Of a DNA stretch of 64,000 nucleotides, positions 8,284 through 18,596 are shown piece after piece (the first letter of the stretch is position 1; the number at the start of each line of letters is the position of its first letter). A program made the position numbers and the translations under genes. Source of the stretch: Pyrinomonadaceae bacterium. Lineage in GTDB: Bacteria; Acidobacteriota; Blastocatellia; Pyrinomonadales; Pyrinomonadaceae. The notes under the pieces are model-generated. The model did not search any database and was not told where the DNA came from. It worked only from the letters and a program-made list of their open reading frames with translations. Where the stretch lies: contig JBGTHZ010000042.1 in assembly GCA_041745915.1 (NCBI GenBank), forward strand, positions 23,146-87,145, read 5' to 3'.

Positions 8284-9886
8284 CGTTCTTAATAACAACC
8301 ACAAATCAGTGGCAGGGACACGGCATGCTGTGTCCCTGCCGTCTTTTTGGGCGGCGTGGTCATGGTGGCTTCCCGCGGCGCTGATTGCGGTGGCGCTAAC
8401 GCTCTACTTTACTGATCCCTTTATTGGAGACTGGGATGGTATTGACTACACAATCCTGGCGCTTGCCGGGTATCCGTCGTCGATGGCCCTGGGCCGCAAT
8501 CTTTTTATTTTCGGTAATCACGCGCTTTACCAACTTTTCAATGCGCTCTTCAATGTACCGCCCGAGAATGCTTACCTGATTTTCAAGTACGCGGTGGTCG
8601 CCCAGGTGCCACTGGCGGTGATGGCCTGCTGGATATTGGCTCGAGATGTCTCAGGTTCGCTCTATTCAGCCACCCTCGCAGCTCTCTTTGTAGTCTTCTC
8701 TCCAATATTCATTCTTTATGGTGGGCAAGTGATGACGGACGTTCCTTCAGTCCTGCTCCTTGCGGTCGCTTTGATCATTCACCTGCGCGGGATCCAACAG
8801 CGCCGCACGTCGCTGCTGATGCTCGGCGCCGCTCTGGTTGGGCTGGGAGTTAATCTCCGCGAGACTATGGGGTTCTATGCGGTGTGGCTGGCGCTGGCGC
8901 CTTTCTCTCTGGGTTGGAAACTGCGGCGGCGCGAGTTGGGTCTCGTGGCGCTCTCGCTTGTGATATTTCTCTTCCTGGCCTTCGGCTGGTTTGGTTACTG
9001 GTTTCTTACCGATTCGCACTATCGGACTATTTGGTTCGGTTGGCGCGAATCGATGCGGCAGGAATCTGCACGCCACCCAGTCAGCATTAGCAACGCCGTG
9101 CCCTATCTGATGTACTTTTTTATCAGCGCGCCGCTGGTGTTTCTGGCCCTTCCTTTCGCCGCAGTCCGCGAATGGCGGCAACGCAGACTCTCGCCACTCT
9201 TGTTGCTCGGGTTAACGGGTTTGTTTGCTGACTTGCTACTCTTTCTGAACTACAGCACAACGATTAACTGGCGCTATTTCCTAACCGGTCTACCAGCATT
9301 GGCGCCACTGACCGCCGACTACCTGATTCGCGTTATGGAACGACTTCTTGGGAGCGCTCGTTTGGCCCTGGCTTCGTGTTTTGCAGTGCTTGTCGCGTCG
9401 GGAATAGTATTCGGCCTCTTAGTCCGACCGGTCAGCCAGGAATTCATCGATCGACGGGCAATGAGCAAAGACTATCGCCGGCAACTGGTTAACGTGCCAC
9501 GCGACGCAGTAATGATTTCCGGAGCTCAAACGATCGCCGTCATTTACTGGAAGGCAATTGGCGCTGGCGAATGGGAAACCATCGGTACGGGCGGTGGCTG
9601 GCCCGGAGTTAACCTGGTCCCTATCATTGAGGAACACCTGAGACAGGGACGCCGGGTTTTCATTGATGCTGATCCGCGGTGGTGGTTGCCGTGTGGCTGG
9701 CAGCGACAAGAAATCCCCGCAATCGTCGATCTCGAAAAGCGTTTTCGCTTCAAGTATCTAACTGAAACTATCTACGAGTTGAGGCTGGCAACAGACACTA
9801 CAGCAACCGATGCCCCGCACCTCGAGAGGTTGCTGCCGGAAAACAGACCGGAAGATACAAAAAAATGCCCCCCGGGACGCGCTTAA
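8216..9886 (+). CDS. Polytopic membrane protein, GT-C fold glycosyltransferase-like (ArnT/PMT/DUF2723-like)
   Basis: Many predicted TM helices, an early loop IGDWDGIDY and a soluble C-terminal region. The start is uncertain: ATG 8216 overlaps the upstream gene by 68 nt and there is no in-frame ATG before the first TM helix. Confidence 0.45.
   Translation: MLRLRLNPLNRARQTTSTPETADVLNNNHKSVAGTRHAVSLPSFWAAWSWWLPAALIAVALTLYFTDPFIGDWDGIDYTILALAGYPSSMALGRNLFIFGNHALYQLFNALFNVPPENAYLIFKYAVVAQVPLAVMACWILARDVSGSLYSATLAALFVVFSPIFILYGGQVMTDVPSVLLLAVALIIHLRGIQQRRTSLLMLGAALVGLGVNLRETMGFYAVWLALAPFSLGWKLRRRELGLVALSLVIFLFLAFGWFGYWFLTDSHYRTIWFGWRESMRQESARHPVSISNAVPYLMYFFISAPLVFLALPFAAVREWRQRRLSPLLLLGLTGLFADLLLFLNYSTTINWRYFLTGLPALAPLTADYLIRVMERLLGSARLALASCFAVLVASGIVFGLLVRPVSQEFIDRRAMSKDYRRQLVNVPRDAVMISGAQTIAVIYWKAIGAGEWETIGTGGGWPGVNLVPIIEEHLRQGRRVFIDADPRWWLPCGWQRQEIPAIVDLEKRFRFKYLTETIYELRLATDTTATDAPHLERLLPENRPEDTKKCPPGRA
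8311..8348 (+). terminator. Rho-independent-terminator-like hairpin after the REC-HATPase gene
   Basis: ggcagggacac / gtgtccctgcc form an 11-bp perfect stem with an 8-nt loop, followed by gtcttttt. It lies 28 nt after the stop at 8283 but inside the 8216 ORF. Confidence 0.5.
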
Positions 9887-9918
9887 GAATCTTCAGCCAC
9901 TGTCGCTGGTAAAAAGCA

Positions 9919-11154
9919 ATGCCCTACGAACTGTTCCTCGCCTTACGATATCTCCGATCACGCCGCAAAATGCGGCTGGCTCGTGTGACCTCAGTTGTCG
10001 CCATCCTGGGAATTGGCTTAGGGGTGTCAGCCCTGATTGTAGCTCTCGCCTTAGCCAACGGTTTTCGGGATGAGATGCGTGAAAAGATCCTGCGCGGCAC
10101 TGCTCACATAAATGTTATGCGCGCTGACGGGCGGCCCATAAGTGATTACCGGGACCTCTCGGCACGAATCAAAACAATTCGCGGCGTCACCAGTGCCTCC
10201 GCCACAAGCTACGACGGAGCGATGCTGATCGGATCAAGAGGCGCTGCTTACGCCGTGCTTCGGGGTCTGGACACCCATTCGGAACAGGCACTCAATGAAC
10301 TCAAAGCCTCCGTCGTGGAGGGATCACTGAAAGCAATCGTGAAGGACAAGAGCAAGACGGAAGATCTCCCCAGCGTTCTCATAGGTTCGGAATTGGCAAC
10401 ACGAACAGGCCTCCGCGTTGGCGAGATCGCGGAGATCATCTCGGCTAACACGAATTCAGTCCCCGTAAATCCAGTCAAGCGGAATGTGCGCGTGGCCGGG
10501 TTCTTTCGCTCGGGACTCTTTGAATACGACTCGACCTGGATTTATCTGCAGCTCGACGTCGCGTCCGAATTCTCGGGCGCGCCTGAATCTGCCTCCGTGA
10601 TCAGCTTACAGCTGGAGGATATTTACGATGCCAGGCGGGTCGCTGAGGACATCCGCACCAGCCTGGGTAACTCCTACACGACTGTGGACTGGGAGGACGA
10701 GAACCGACCTCTCTTTAATGCTCTTGCGCTCGAACGCCGGATGGGCTTGTTTATTATCGCGCTGATAGTTCTCATAGCCACATTGAATATAACGACCACC
10801 CTAATCCTTGTCGTCGTGGAGCGCCGGCGCGACATCGGAATACTCAGCGCGATCGGTGCGGACAGCAAAAGCATCCGGGCGATTTTCATGATTGAAGGCG
10901 CCATCATCGGAGCGCTTGGTGCGGTGTTGGGTGTATTCGTTGGCCTCGTCACGTGCCTGATCGGCAACCGGTTCGAACTCGTCAGTTTGCCGGCCGATGT
11001 TTATTCGATCACCAACGTGCCCTTCCACCCGCAAGCCGGCGATGTCTTCCTCGCGGCCCTGGTCGCTTTCCTACTCAGCTGGGCGGCTACCATTTACCCG
11101 GCTCGTGCCGCCGCGCGAGTCCGGCCGGTGGAAATGCTTCGCGACACGCAATGA
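9919..11154 (+). CDS. Lipoprotein-releasing ABC transporter permease, LolC/LolE family (FtsX-like)
   Basis: Typical N-terminus MPYELFLALRYLRSRRK, a large periplasmic loop and a C-terminal FtsX-like 3-TM module. Confidence 0.85.
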   Translation: MPYELFLALRYLRSRRKMRLARVTSVVAILGIGLGVSALIVALALANGFRDEMREKILRGTAHINVMRADGRPISDYRDLSARIKTIRGVTSASATSYDGAMLIGSRGAAYAVLRGLDTHSEQALNELKASVVEGSLKAIVKDKSKTEDLPSVLIGSELATRTGLRVGEIAEIISANTNSVPVNPVKRNVRVAGFFRSGLFEYDSTWIYLQLDVASEFSGAPESASVISLQLEDIYDARRVAEDIRTSLGNSYTTVDWEDENRPLFNALALERRMGLFIIALIVLIATLNITTTLILVVVERRRDIGILSAIGADSKSIRAIFMIEGAIIGALGAVLGVFVGLVTCLIGNRFELVSLPADVYSITNVPFHPQAGDVFLAALVAFLLSWAATIYPARAAARVRPVEMLRDTQ

Positions 11155-11260
11155 GTCCAAAGTCCAAGGTCCAAGGTCCAACGTCCCAAATCCATGGCCG
11201 GACACCTGGCGTTCCGGGTCGAGATCATGGCGTCGGACCTCGGATGTTGGACTTTGGATT
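11154..11260. repeat. Word-built hairpin (GTCCAAAG words) between lolCE and lolD
   Basis: agtccaaagtccaaggtccaaggtccaacgtcccaaatcc pairs imperfectly with ggacctcggatgttggactttggatt. Confidence 0.7.
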
Positions 11261-11936
11261 ATCGGTCACGGATCTGAGAAAGAGTTTCTCGTCCCCCGCG
11301 GGCGAATTGATCGAGGTGCTGCGAGGAGTTTCCTTTAGCACAGCCGCTGGCGAGGCGGTCGCTATCACCGGTGCATCCGGTGCAGGTAAGTCGACGTTGC
11401 TGCATCTGGTCGGTGGCTTGGAAGCGGCTGATCACGGACGCATTCTTATGGGCGCCTTTGAAGTTGAAAGCGCCTCGCCCGCAGCACTCGCGAGGTTTCG
11501 CCGGACCCATATCGGTCTGGTCTTTCAGTATCATCACCTGCTTTCCGATCTCGACGCTGCCGAAAATGTGGCGTTGCCGCTGATGATTGCCCGAACGGGC
11601 CGCGGTGAAGCTCTGGCTCAGGCAGTCCGGTCACTGCAAAACCTGTCCCTCGGCAGCCGCATCTCCCACCCGGTGGGACATCTTTCCGGCGGCGAGCAGC
11701 AAAGGGTTGCTATTTGCCGGGCGATAATTACTCAGCCCTCGCTCATTTTAGCGGATGAGCCTACCGGCAATTTAGACGCATCTTTTGCTGAAGAGATCGG
11801 GGAAACCCTGGTTGGCTACGCCCGTAACCATCGCGCGATTGTGCTGCTGGCCACACATAATGACCGGTTGGCACAACTTTGTGACCGCATTCTGGTTCTA
11901 AAAGATGGAAGACTGCACGAAGCTGACAGGGTCTGA
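11244..11936 (+). CDS. lolD: Lipoprotein-releasing ABC transporter ATP-binding protein LolD
   Basis: Walker A GASGAGKST, signature LSGGEQQRV, Walker B LILADEPTGNLD. I chose the start at ATG 11244 (MLDFGLSVTDLRK); the 10953 extension is repeat/overlap sequence. Confidence 0.85.
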   Translation: MLDFGLSVTDLRKSFSSPAGELIEVLRGVSFSTAAGEAVAITGASGAGKSTLLHLVGGLEAADHGRILMGAFEVESASPAALARFRRTHIGLVFQYHHLLSDLDAAENVALPLMIARTGRGEALAQAVRSLQNLSLGSRISHPVGHLSGGEQQRVAICRAIITQPSLILADEPTGNLDASFAEEIGETLVGYARNHRAIVLLATHNDRLAQLCDRILVLKDGRLHEADRV

Positions 11937-11983
11937 AATACTTGTCCGTTTAGGACTTTTATTATGGTGAAACCGGACAATAA

Positions 11984-12013
11984 TTTCTTGTGCCTTCCTT
12001 CATGGGTTATAAT
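11984..12013 (+). promoter_or_regulatory. Candidate sigma-70 promoter for clpC, followed by a 5' stem-loop at 12024-12051
   Basis: TATAAT at 12008-12013 in the context TATAATGCG, the same context as at 14534. The -35 is weak. The stem is gccgggcgg / ccgcccggc. Confidence 0.3.
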
Positions 12014-12087
12014 GCGGCCACGTGCCGGGCGGTTAGTTCCTTCCGCCCGGCTTGGTAATCATAGAAAGAGTTTTCTCAGTACGACCA

Positions 12088-14451
12088 ATGTTTGAACGCT
12101 ACACAGAAAAAGCTCGACGGGTAATTTTCTTCGCGCGCTACGAGGCTTCTCAATTTGGTGCGCCGGCCATCGAGCCAGAACACCTGCTCCTGGGACTGAT
12201 GCGCGAAGATAAAACTCTCACCGGGCGTTTCTTCCCGCGCGCTCAGGTTTCGATTGAGTCTATTCGCAAGGAGATCGAAGGTCGTACACTGTTGCGGGAA
12301 AAGATTTCCACCTCCGTAGAATTGCCGCTGGCGCCGGAGACGAAACGAGTGTTGGCCTATGCTCACGAAGAAAGCGACCGCCTTCAGCATAGGCACATCG
12401 GCACTGAGCATCTCTTACTCGGACTTTTGAGAGAAGAGCGCTCAATGGCCGCTGAAATTCTTTACGAGCGCGGTCTTAGACTCAACGCAGTGCGTGACGA
12501 AATAGCGCGGCAATCAGGAGCCGACACTCGCGGTTCACAAAAGAAAGACACGCCTCATCTGGTTGAGTTTTCCCGGGATCTCACTGAGGATGCGGCCAAC
12601 GACAAACTCGACCCCTTGATCGGGCGCGAGGCTGAAATAGAGCGTGTCGTGCAAATACTTTGCCGCCGCACTAAGAACAATCCGGTACTGATCGGTGAAC
12701 CCGGCGTAGGAAAAACGGCGATTGTCGAGGGCCTTGCGCAACGCATCGTCCATAGTGAAGTTCCTTCATTCCTCGAGAACAAACGAATCCTTTCACTCGA
12801 TCTTTCGCTGATAGTGGCCGGCACGAAATATCGCGGCCAGTTTGAAGAGCGTCTAAAGCAAATCATGCGGGAGTTAATCGAGAACCCCCAGTACATTGTC
12901 TTTATCGATGAGTTGCATACGCTGGTCGGAGCTGGGTCGGCCGAGGGCTCACTGGATGCGGCAAATATTCTGAAACCAGCCCTGTCACGCGGTGAGATTC
13001 AATGCATTGGCGCCACTACGCCGGCAGAGTTTCGCAAGTCAATTGAGAAAGATCGCTCGCTCGAAAGACGCTTCCAGGCAGTAAAGGTCCCACCACCTTC
13101 AGAGGCTGAGGCTGTGGAGATTCTCGAGGGGGTGCGGGAACGCTACGAGAGTTTCCACCAAGTTCGCTACACGAACGACGCTCTGACAGCAGCTGTTTAT
13201 CAGTCTCACCGCTACATTCCCGATCGGTTTCTCCCGGATAAAGCAATCGATGTGATTGACGAGGCGGGAGCTCGAGTAAAGCTTCGCGTTCGTCGGGAGC
13301 AAGGCAATCTGGCTGACTGGAATCAGCTAACAGAGTGGTCGCGTTCTTACGATGAAACCTTAGGTTTACGCGATACACACGAAGACGCGCTGGTAGCCGC
13401 GGAGGTCACTCGCGATGATGTCGAAGAAGTGATCGCCCGCTGGACGGGTATTCCTATAACTTCGCTGAAGGAAGAAGAGACGCGCAAACTGTTGCGGATT
13501 GAAGCCGAACTGCACACGCGAGTGGTTTCCCAGCGCCCGGCGATCTCGGCACTGGCTCGAGCGATTCGTCGATCGCGCGCCGGGTTGAAAAATCCCTTGC
13601 GACCCGTGGGTTCGTTTCTTTTCCTTGGTCCCACCGGGGTAGGAAAGACCGAAGTTGCCCGCTCACTGGCGGAATTCCTGTTTGGCAGCGAACGTTCAAT
13701 GATCCGCTTTGACATGTCGGAGTTCATGGAAAAGCACTCGGTCTCGAAGTTGATTGGTTCTCCTCCCGGATATGTGGGACACGAGGAAGGCGGTCAACTC
13801 ACAGAACGCATCAAGCGAGCGCCTTATTCTGTCCTGCTGTTTGATGAAATCGAGAAGGCCCATCCCGACGTCTTTAACATTTTGCTGCAAGTTTTCGAGG
13901 ATGGATTGCTCACCGATGCCCTCGGCAACGCCATCGACTTCAAGAACGCTATTATCATTATGACCTCAAACATCGGGGCCCGCTTCATTCAGAAGAAGGG
14001 CACGATGGGCTTCCAGGGATCTTCCGAGGCATCCCGGGACAAAATGGAAGAGATGGTGATGTCGCAGGTGCGCCAGACCTTCAACCCTGAGTTTATCAAT
14101 CGGCTCGATGAGATCATCATCTTTGATCAGTTATTGGACGATGAGCTTCTCGAGGTGGTTCAGCTTCAGGTTGAACAAATGAACAAGACAATGGCCCCGC
14201 ACGGCCTTGAAGTAAAGCTTACGCCCGAAGCGAAGCGCTGGATTGTGGATAAAACCTGCGCTGATCGCTCCTACGGCGCTCGTCCACTTCGTCGCGCGCT
14301 ACAAAAGTATGTGGAAGATCCTCTCTCGGAGGCAATGATTCAGGGTCAACTCGGCCAGGCCTCCCTCATAGAAATTTATGTCGATGGGGAAGAACTGACG
14401 CACCGCCCGGTGGATGTGGAGACGCCAGACGACGTCCTGCTAATCCATTGA
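12088..14451 (+). CDS. clpC: ATP-dependent Clp protease ATP-binding subunit, ClpC/ClpA family
   Basis: Starts [20 protein letters not shown] (Clp N-repeat) and has two AAA+ modules with GEPGVGKT and GPTGVGKT. The 12052 TTG extension lies in a hairpin and is rejected. Confidence 0.9.
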   Translation: MFERYTEKARRVIFFARYEASQFGAPAIEPEHLLLGLMREDKTLTGRFFPRAQVSIESIRKEIEGRTLLREKISTSVELPLAPETKRVLAYAHEESDRLQHRHIGTEHLLLGLLREERSMAAEILYERGLRLNAVRDEIARQSGADTRGSQKKDTPHLVEFSRDLTEDAANDKLDPLIGREAEIERVVQILCRRTKNNPVLIGEPGVGKTAIVEGLAQRIVHSEVPSFLENKRILSLDLSLIVAGTKYRGQFEERLKQIMRELIENPQYIVFIDELHTLVGAGSAEGSLDAANILKPALSRGEIQCIGATTPAEFRKSIEKDRSLERRFQAVKVPPPSEAEAVEILEGVRERYESFHQVRYTNDALTAAVYQSHRYIPDRFLPDKAIDVIDEAGARVKLRVRREQGNLADWNQLTEWSRSYDETLGLRDTHEDALVAAEVTRDDVEEVIARWTGIPITSLKEEETRKLLRIEAELHTRVVSQRPAISALARAIRRSRAGLKNPLRPVGSFLFLGPTGVGKTEVARSLAEFLFGSERSMIRFDMSEFMEKHSVSKLIGSPPGYVGHEEGGQLTERIKRAPYSVLLFDEIEKAHPDVFNILLQVFEDGLLTDALGNAIDFKNAIIIMTSNIGARFIQKKGTMGFQGSSEASRDKMEEMVMSQVRQTFNPEFINRLDEIIIFDQLLDDELLEVVQLQVEQMNKTMAPHGLEVKLTPEAKRWIVDKTCADRSYGARPLRRALQKYVEDPLSEAMIQGQLGQASLIEIYVDGEELTHRPVDVETPDDVLLIH

Positions 14452-14470
14452 CCCTTCGGCGCCGAATAGC

Positions 14471-14528
14471 AAAAGTCCAATGTCCAAAGTCAATTAGCGT
14501 TTATTGACTTTGGACATTGGACTTTTTT
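14471..14528 (+). terminator. Rho-independent terminator of clpC built from GTCCAAAG words
   Basis: aaaagtccaatgtccaaagtcaat (14471-14494) pairs perfectly with attgactttggacattggactttt (14503-14526), followed by a T-run. Confidence 0.85.
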
Positions 14529-14539
14529 GCCGCTATAAT
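14511..14539 (+). promoter_or_regulatory. Candidate sigma-70 promoter for bamA (TGGACA-17-TATAAT)
   Basis: TGGACA at 14511-14516 lies inside the terminator's right arm. After a 17-nt spacer, TATAAT sits at 14534-14539. This would give a ~190-nt leader to ATG 14737. Confidence 0.45.
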
Positions 14540-14736
14540 GCGCGACTTTGCTGGAACTGTGTGGCAACGAGTCAGTAACACTTGGGAATCCAAGCGTTTC
14601 AAGTCGTCATAGTTTGATCGGCTCGTGCCAGTGTCCCTTGTTTTTGCCTTTATTTTCTCGAAAACTTAATTTATCACTCATAAGGCTCCCCGCAGTATCT
14701 GAGATCCGGTAAGAACCACTGAGGGAATCAGCGCCC

Positions 14737-17700
14737 ATGCACTTATATCGCGTGTTCATGCTCATCCTACTGAGCGCAACTTTCTTTCTCACCTCCCTGA
14801 TCGCCGCGCCGAAAAGCGCGATTGCCCAACAGACCCAACCCAACCAACGCCTCGTTGAATCTGTAGACATCACGGGCAACCGGCGGCTCCGAAAGGATGA
14901 CGTGCTCTATTACGTACAAACCAAACAGGGCGATCCTTTCAATGAAGAGCAGATTCAGCGCGACCTGCAGGCGATTCTGGCCTTGGGTTTTTTCGATAAA
15001 ACCGCCACCCGAGTCCTGACCGAGGACGGCGCCCGCGGTGGGGTCAACGTGATATTCGAGGTGAGAGAGCTGCCGATTATTCGGGACCTTCAGTTTGAGG
15101 GGTTGAAAAGCGTCTCGGAGTCTGACGTGCTGAAGGCCTTTCGGGAAAGACGCGTAGGGGTCTCCAAAGAAAGCATTTACGATCCCGTCAAAGTCCGCAA
15201 TGCGATCCGTGTGCTGAAGGAACTGCTTGCCGCCAGGGGACATCCGAACGCTACCATCGAGGAACAACAAGAGGAAGTTTCGGCCACTTCCCGCGCCATC
15301 ACCTTTGTGATCAAAGAGGGCGATCGCGTTCGCGTGGTGGAAGTTCAATTTGAAGGCAACACTATCTTCAGCGACGGCCAGCTCCGGGGCGCCATGAAAT
15401 ACGTTAAGGAAGCTGGACTAATTAGTCGCTTCAAGGGCCAGGACATACTCGATCGCGAGAAGCTCGATGTCGATTTGCGGCTGGTAGACAATTACATGCG
15501 CTCAAAGGGTTATCTTCAGGCGCGACACGGCGAACCTCGGGTTGAAGGAGTTGGGCCACGCCGGACGGGTTTCTTCCTTCCCCTACCATTTCTGTCGTCG
15601 GTCGATGAAGGACTTCGCGTCATAATCCCCATTACGGAGGGTAAGGTCTATCGTATTGGTGAGATGAAGATCGAGGGAAACTCGATTTACTCCGAGGATC
15701 AGATCCGTCTGGTCATCGGACTTAAACAGGGAGATATTGCCGACGGTGAGAAGATCGGCAAGGCCCTGTATGAGAATCTGAAGAAACTTTACGGCTCACA
15801 GGGTTTTATTGAATACGCAGCCGAGCCAAATCCAACCTTTAGAGACAGCCCGCAGAACCCTAACGAAGGCATTGTTGACTTCGTCGTCAGCATCGAGGAA
15901 GGCAAACAATTCACACTGCGCCGTCTGGAGTTTTTGGGAAACACCTTCACGCGAGATAACGTATTGCGTCGCGAAGTCCTGATTAATGAAGGTGATATCT
16001 ACAACCTGTCTTACTGGGAGTATTCAGTTGTCAAGCTGAATCAGAGTGGTTACTTTGAGCCGATTGATAAAGAAAAAGACGCGGACTTCCGCACGAACGA
16101 TGAAGAAGCCACGGTTGATATCAACCTCAAGGTAACAGAACGCGGCCGCCAACAGATCTCTTTCAATGGGGGAATTTCCGGCATCGGAGGTTCGTTCTTT
16201 GGCCTGGAGTACTCTACCAACAACCTTCTGGGTCGCGGTGAAATACTCTCGATTAACCTGGCCGCAGGAAACAGGCAGCGGTCTTTCCAGTTTTCATTTA
16301 CCGAACCATATATCAAAAACCGGCCCATTACAGCCGGCTTTTCAGTCTTTGCCTTCAGTCAGAAGTTCTTCGGCGAAGGGACTTTTCTTTCTCAGAATTT
16401 TGACGCTCAACAAGGTCTCTCAGGCTCGACAATCGACTTCCTAAACGTCAACGAGGAGAACCTATTTACGCGTGATTCATACGGGGGCTCCATCTTTTTG
16501 AGTGCACCGCTCTCGGAGTTTTACCGTAAACGTCCTTTCACTCAGTTTTCGCGAGTCGGCGCGTCGTATCAGTTTTCAACCACCAGCGTGACTGACCCGG
16601 AAGTCAATGCCACTGATCCTAACCGGTTCATCCCGGTGATATACGCCCAGCCGAACATTATCACCAGCCGGATCACCGGGAGTTTTAGTTACGATACGCG
16701 CAATGCCAGCGTCGATCCGACCATGGGGCGTGAACTTTCGCTGGCTGTGGCGCTGGCTGGTCTGGGAGGTGATGTGCGCACCTACCAACCCACGTTGTCT
16801 TTCACCCAGTACTTCCCCATGCGGCGGAAGAAATCGGAACGCCCTGAAGTCTTTGGTTTCCGCATCCTGGCAGGAACGGTTGGCAGCTTTGCGATAACAC
16901 CCAAGGTAAGGGACGCCCAATCACTCGCCTTCGTTGATGGCGTGCCAATCTTCGAACGCTTCTTCCTGGGCGACGAGTTCACCATCCGAGGTTATAACGT
17001 TCGCTCGATCAGTCCTATCGCGCCGCTCGACACGTTCGTTACTTCTCAGAATGTCACAGTCGCGTCCAACGCAACTGGAGCTCCGGTAGCTATTGCGGGA
17101 GTACCGGCCGGGGTAGCCGACGTAGGAGTATTTACCGGAGTCACGGGCAACAATGTCGCCGGGTTGCCGCGTTCCTTTACTTCGATAGGGGCGGATACTC
17201 AACTGCTGGGGAACTTTGAGTATCGAATTCCAATAGTCGGAAGTGTCATCGGACTTGCTGCCTTTGCTGACGTGGGAACCGCTTTCAACCTTCGCTCGAA
17301 GGGCGATCAGTTTTTCTCAAGCAACTTCCTGGACGACGATCCGTTTCTGAGAACGGTGGGCTTCATCCCTTGCCCTCGCCTGGGTCCCGTCCTGGCACCG
17401 GTTACATTGAATACGTTGGCTGCGTGCAACTCAAATTCACAACTCGCGCTTACCAGTACTTTGGGGCTGGTCATGCGTGACCGGCGACTGGTAACCACCC
17501 AGGAACTGGATGCTGCGCAGAACCTGGGATCATTTGATCCCGGTACCGGTTTACCGTTCGGGTTTCAACAGGTTTTCCTACGCGGCCAGGCTCAAACCAA
17601 CACTGCCGTGCGTCTGTCGCAAGGTCTTTTTGACAAGTTAGGAGACTTCCGAACCAGCATTGGAATGGAGGTGCGCGTGCAGGTGCCCGTGCTGAACGTA

Positions 17701-17823
17701 CCGTTCCGCCTGATCTTTGCGTATAATCCCAATGCTAGGCCAAACCAGTTCATTGATGGATTTCCATTCTCCTTTAATGAGAAAAAGAGAGTCGTGCGTT
17801 TCAGCGTCGGGCGTACCTTTTGA
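14737..17823 (+). CDS. bamA: Outer membrane protein assembly factor BamA (unusually long, 1028 aa)
   Basis: Signal peptide, repeated POTRA-like modules, and a C-terminal beta-barrel ending in ...RFSVGRTF with a terminal Phe. Followed by skp. Confidence 0.9.
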   Translation: MHLYRVFMLILLSATFFLTSLIAAPKSAIAQQTQPNQRLVESVDITGNRRLRKDDVLYYVQTKQGDPFNEEQIQRDLQAILALGFFDKTATRVLTEDGARGGVNVIFEVRELPIIRDLQFEGLKSVSESDVLKAFRERRVGVSKESIYDPVKVRNAIRVLKELLAARGHPNATIEEQQEEVSATSRAITFVIKEGDRVRVVEVQFEGNTIFSDGQLRGAMKYVKEAGLISRFKGQDILDREKLDVDLRLVDNYMRSKGYLQARHGEPRVEGVGPRRTGFFLPLPFLSSVDEGLRVIIPITEGKVYRIGEMKIEGNSIYSEDQIRLVIGLKQGDIADGEKIGKALYENLKKLYGSQGFIEYAAEPNPTFRDSPQNPNEGIVDFVVSIEEGKQFTLRRLEFLGNTFTRDNVLRREVLINEGDIYNLSYWEYSVVKLNQSGYFEPIDKEKDADFRTNDEEATVDINLKVTERGRQQISFNGGISGIGGSFFGLEYSTNNLLGRGEILSINLAAGNRQRSFQFSFTEPYIKNRPITAGFSVFAFSQKFFGEGTFLSQNFDAQQGLSGSTIDFLNVNEENLFTRDSYGGSIFLSAPLSEFYRKRPFTQFSRVGASYQFSTTSVTDPEVNATDPNRFIPVIYAQPNIITSRITGSFSYDTRNASVDPTMGRELSLAVALAGLGGDVRTYQPTLSFTQYFPMRRKKSERPEVFGFRILAGTVGSFAITPKVRDAQSLAFVDGVPIFERFFLGDEFTIRGYNVRSISPIAPLDTFVTSQNVTVASNATGAPVAIAGVPAGVADVGVFTGVTGNNVAGLPRSFTSIGADTQLLGNFEYRIPIVGSVIGLAAFADVGTAFNLRSKGDQFFSSNFLDDDPFLRTVGFIPCPRLGPVLAPVTLNTLAACNSNSQLALTSTLGLVMRDRRLVTTQELDAAQNLGSFDPGTGLPFGFQQVFLRGQAQTNTAVRLSQGLFDKLGDFRTSIGMEVRVQVPVLNVPFRLIFAYNPNARPNQFIDGFPFSFNEKKRVVRFSVGRTF

Positions 17824-17908
17824 TCATTTCAGGCCAACCTTGGCGGCTGGATGAACAACTAAGAATTCGCCAATCGCCTTTGAATTTAAGGAGTATTACA
17901 AGAACGTT

Positions 17909-18508
17909 ATGAAGATAGATCGCTTAATTGCCGCCGTCGCTTTTGTCGCGGTCCTGGCTGTTTATCCCGCTCTTGCTCAGACACGCCCGGCAGCAACGCC
18001 ACAAACCAGTGCAGCTGTGCCCGAGAGCAAGATCGCGCTTATTTATTCGGATGCCTTTTTGGATCCCAAGACCGGCATCGCCCGATTCAACACCGTGCTG
18101 AGCACCTTGAACCGCGAGTTTCAGCCACGCCAGACTGAGTTGCAGCAGCTGCAGCAGAAGATCCAGCAGCTCAAGGACGAGGTGGATAAGACCAAGAGTG
18201 TTGCTGAGCCGCGGGCACTGCAAACGAAAGTGGATCAGCTCGAGCAATGGAATAAAGATCTCCAGCGCAAGGGTGAGGACGCGCAGGCTGCTTACACTAA
18301 GCGGCGGGGCGAGATTTTCGCTCCTCTGGAGGACGATATCAAAAAGGGTTTGGAAGCGTTTGCCAAACAGCGAGGTATTAACGTAATCATCGATGGAAGC
18401 CAGGTACCGGTCGTGTATGCCGCCGACAGCATCGACGTCACGCGGGCATTCATCAACGATTTCAACAGCAAGAATCCCGCGACCGCATCCATTACGCCTC
18501 CCAAATAG
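17909..18508 (+). CDS. skp: OmpH/Skp family periplasmic chaperone
   Basis: Signal peptide, Gln/Lys-rich coiled-coil core, and position directly after bamA. Confidence 0.85.
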   Translation: MKIDRLIAAVAFVAVLAVYPALAQTRPAATPQTSAAVPESKIALIYSDAFLDPKTGIARFNTVLSTLNREFQPRQTELQQLQQKIQQLKDEVDKTKSVAEPRALQTKVDQLEQWNKDLQRKGEDAQAAYTKRRGEIFAPLEDDIKKGLEAFAKQRGINVIIDGSQVPVVYAADSIDVTRAFINDFNSKNPATASITPPK

Positions 18509-18596
18509 ATCTTTTCGGCGCGGCATGAGATTCTGCAGACGCGGAGATGCGGCCAAGTTCCGCGTCCCGCGTCTTTTCATTGTCTAGTAGCTACCC

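Noticed and set aside
10953-11243. The N-terminal 97-aa extension of the LolD ORF.
   Set aside because: The extension overlaps the 3' end of lolCE in another frame and then runs through the GTCCAAAG word hairpin. The ABC ATPase homology begins at MLDFGLSV (ATG 11244).
11154-11260. Whether the short tandem words could be CRISPR arrays. The same question applies to 35042-35170, 40222-40355 and 48962-49073.
   Set aside because: The units are only 7-10 nt, degenerate and contiguous, with no unique spacers. Each array is mirrored by its complement to form a hairpin. No cas genes are present.
12052-12087. The TTG-initiated 12-codon extension of clpC.
   Set aside because: The start codon lies within the 12024-12051 stem-loop region. 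ClpC/ClpA homologues begin at MFERFT/MFERYT.
14767-15348. A 193-aa minus-strand ORF.
   Set aside because: It lies antisense to the POTRA region of bamA and has no features of its own.
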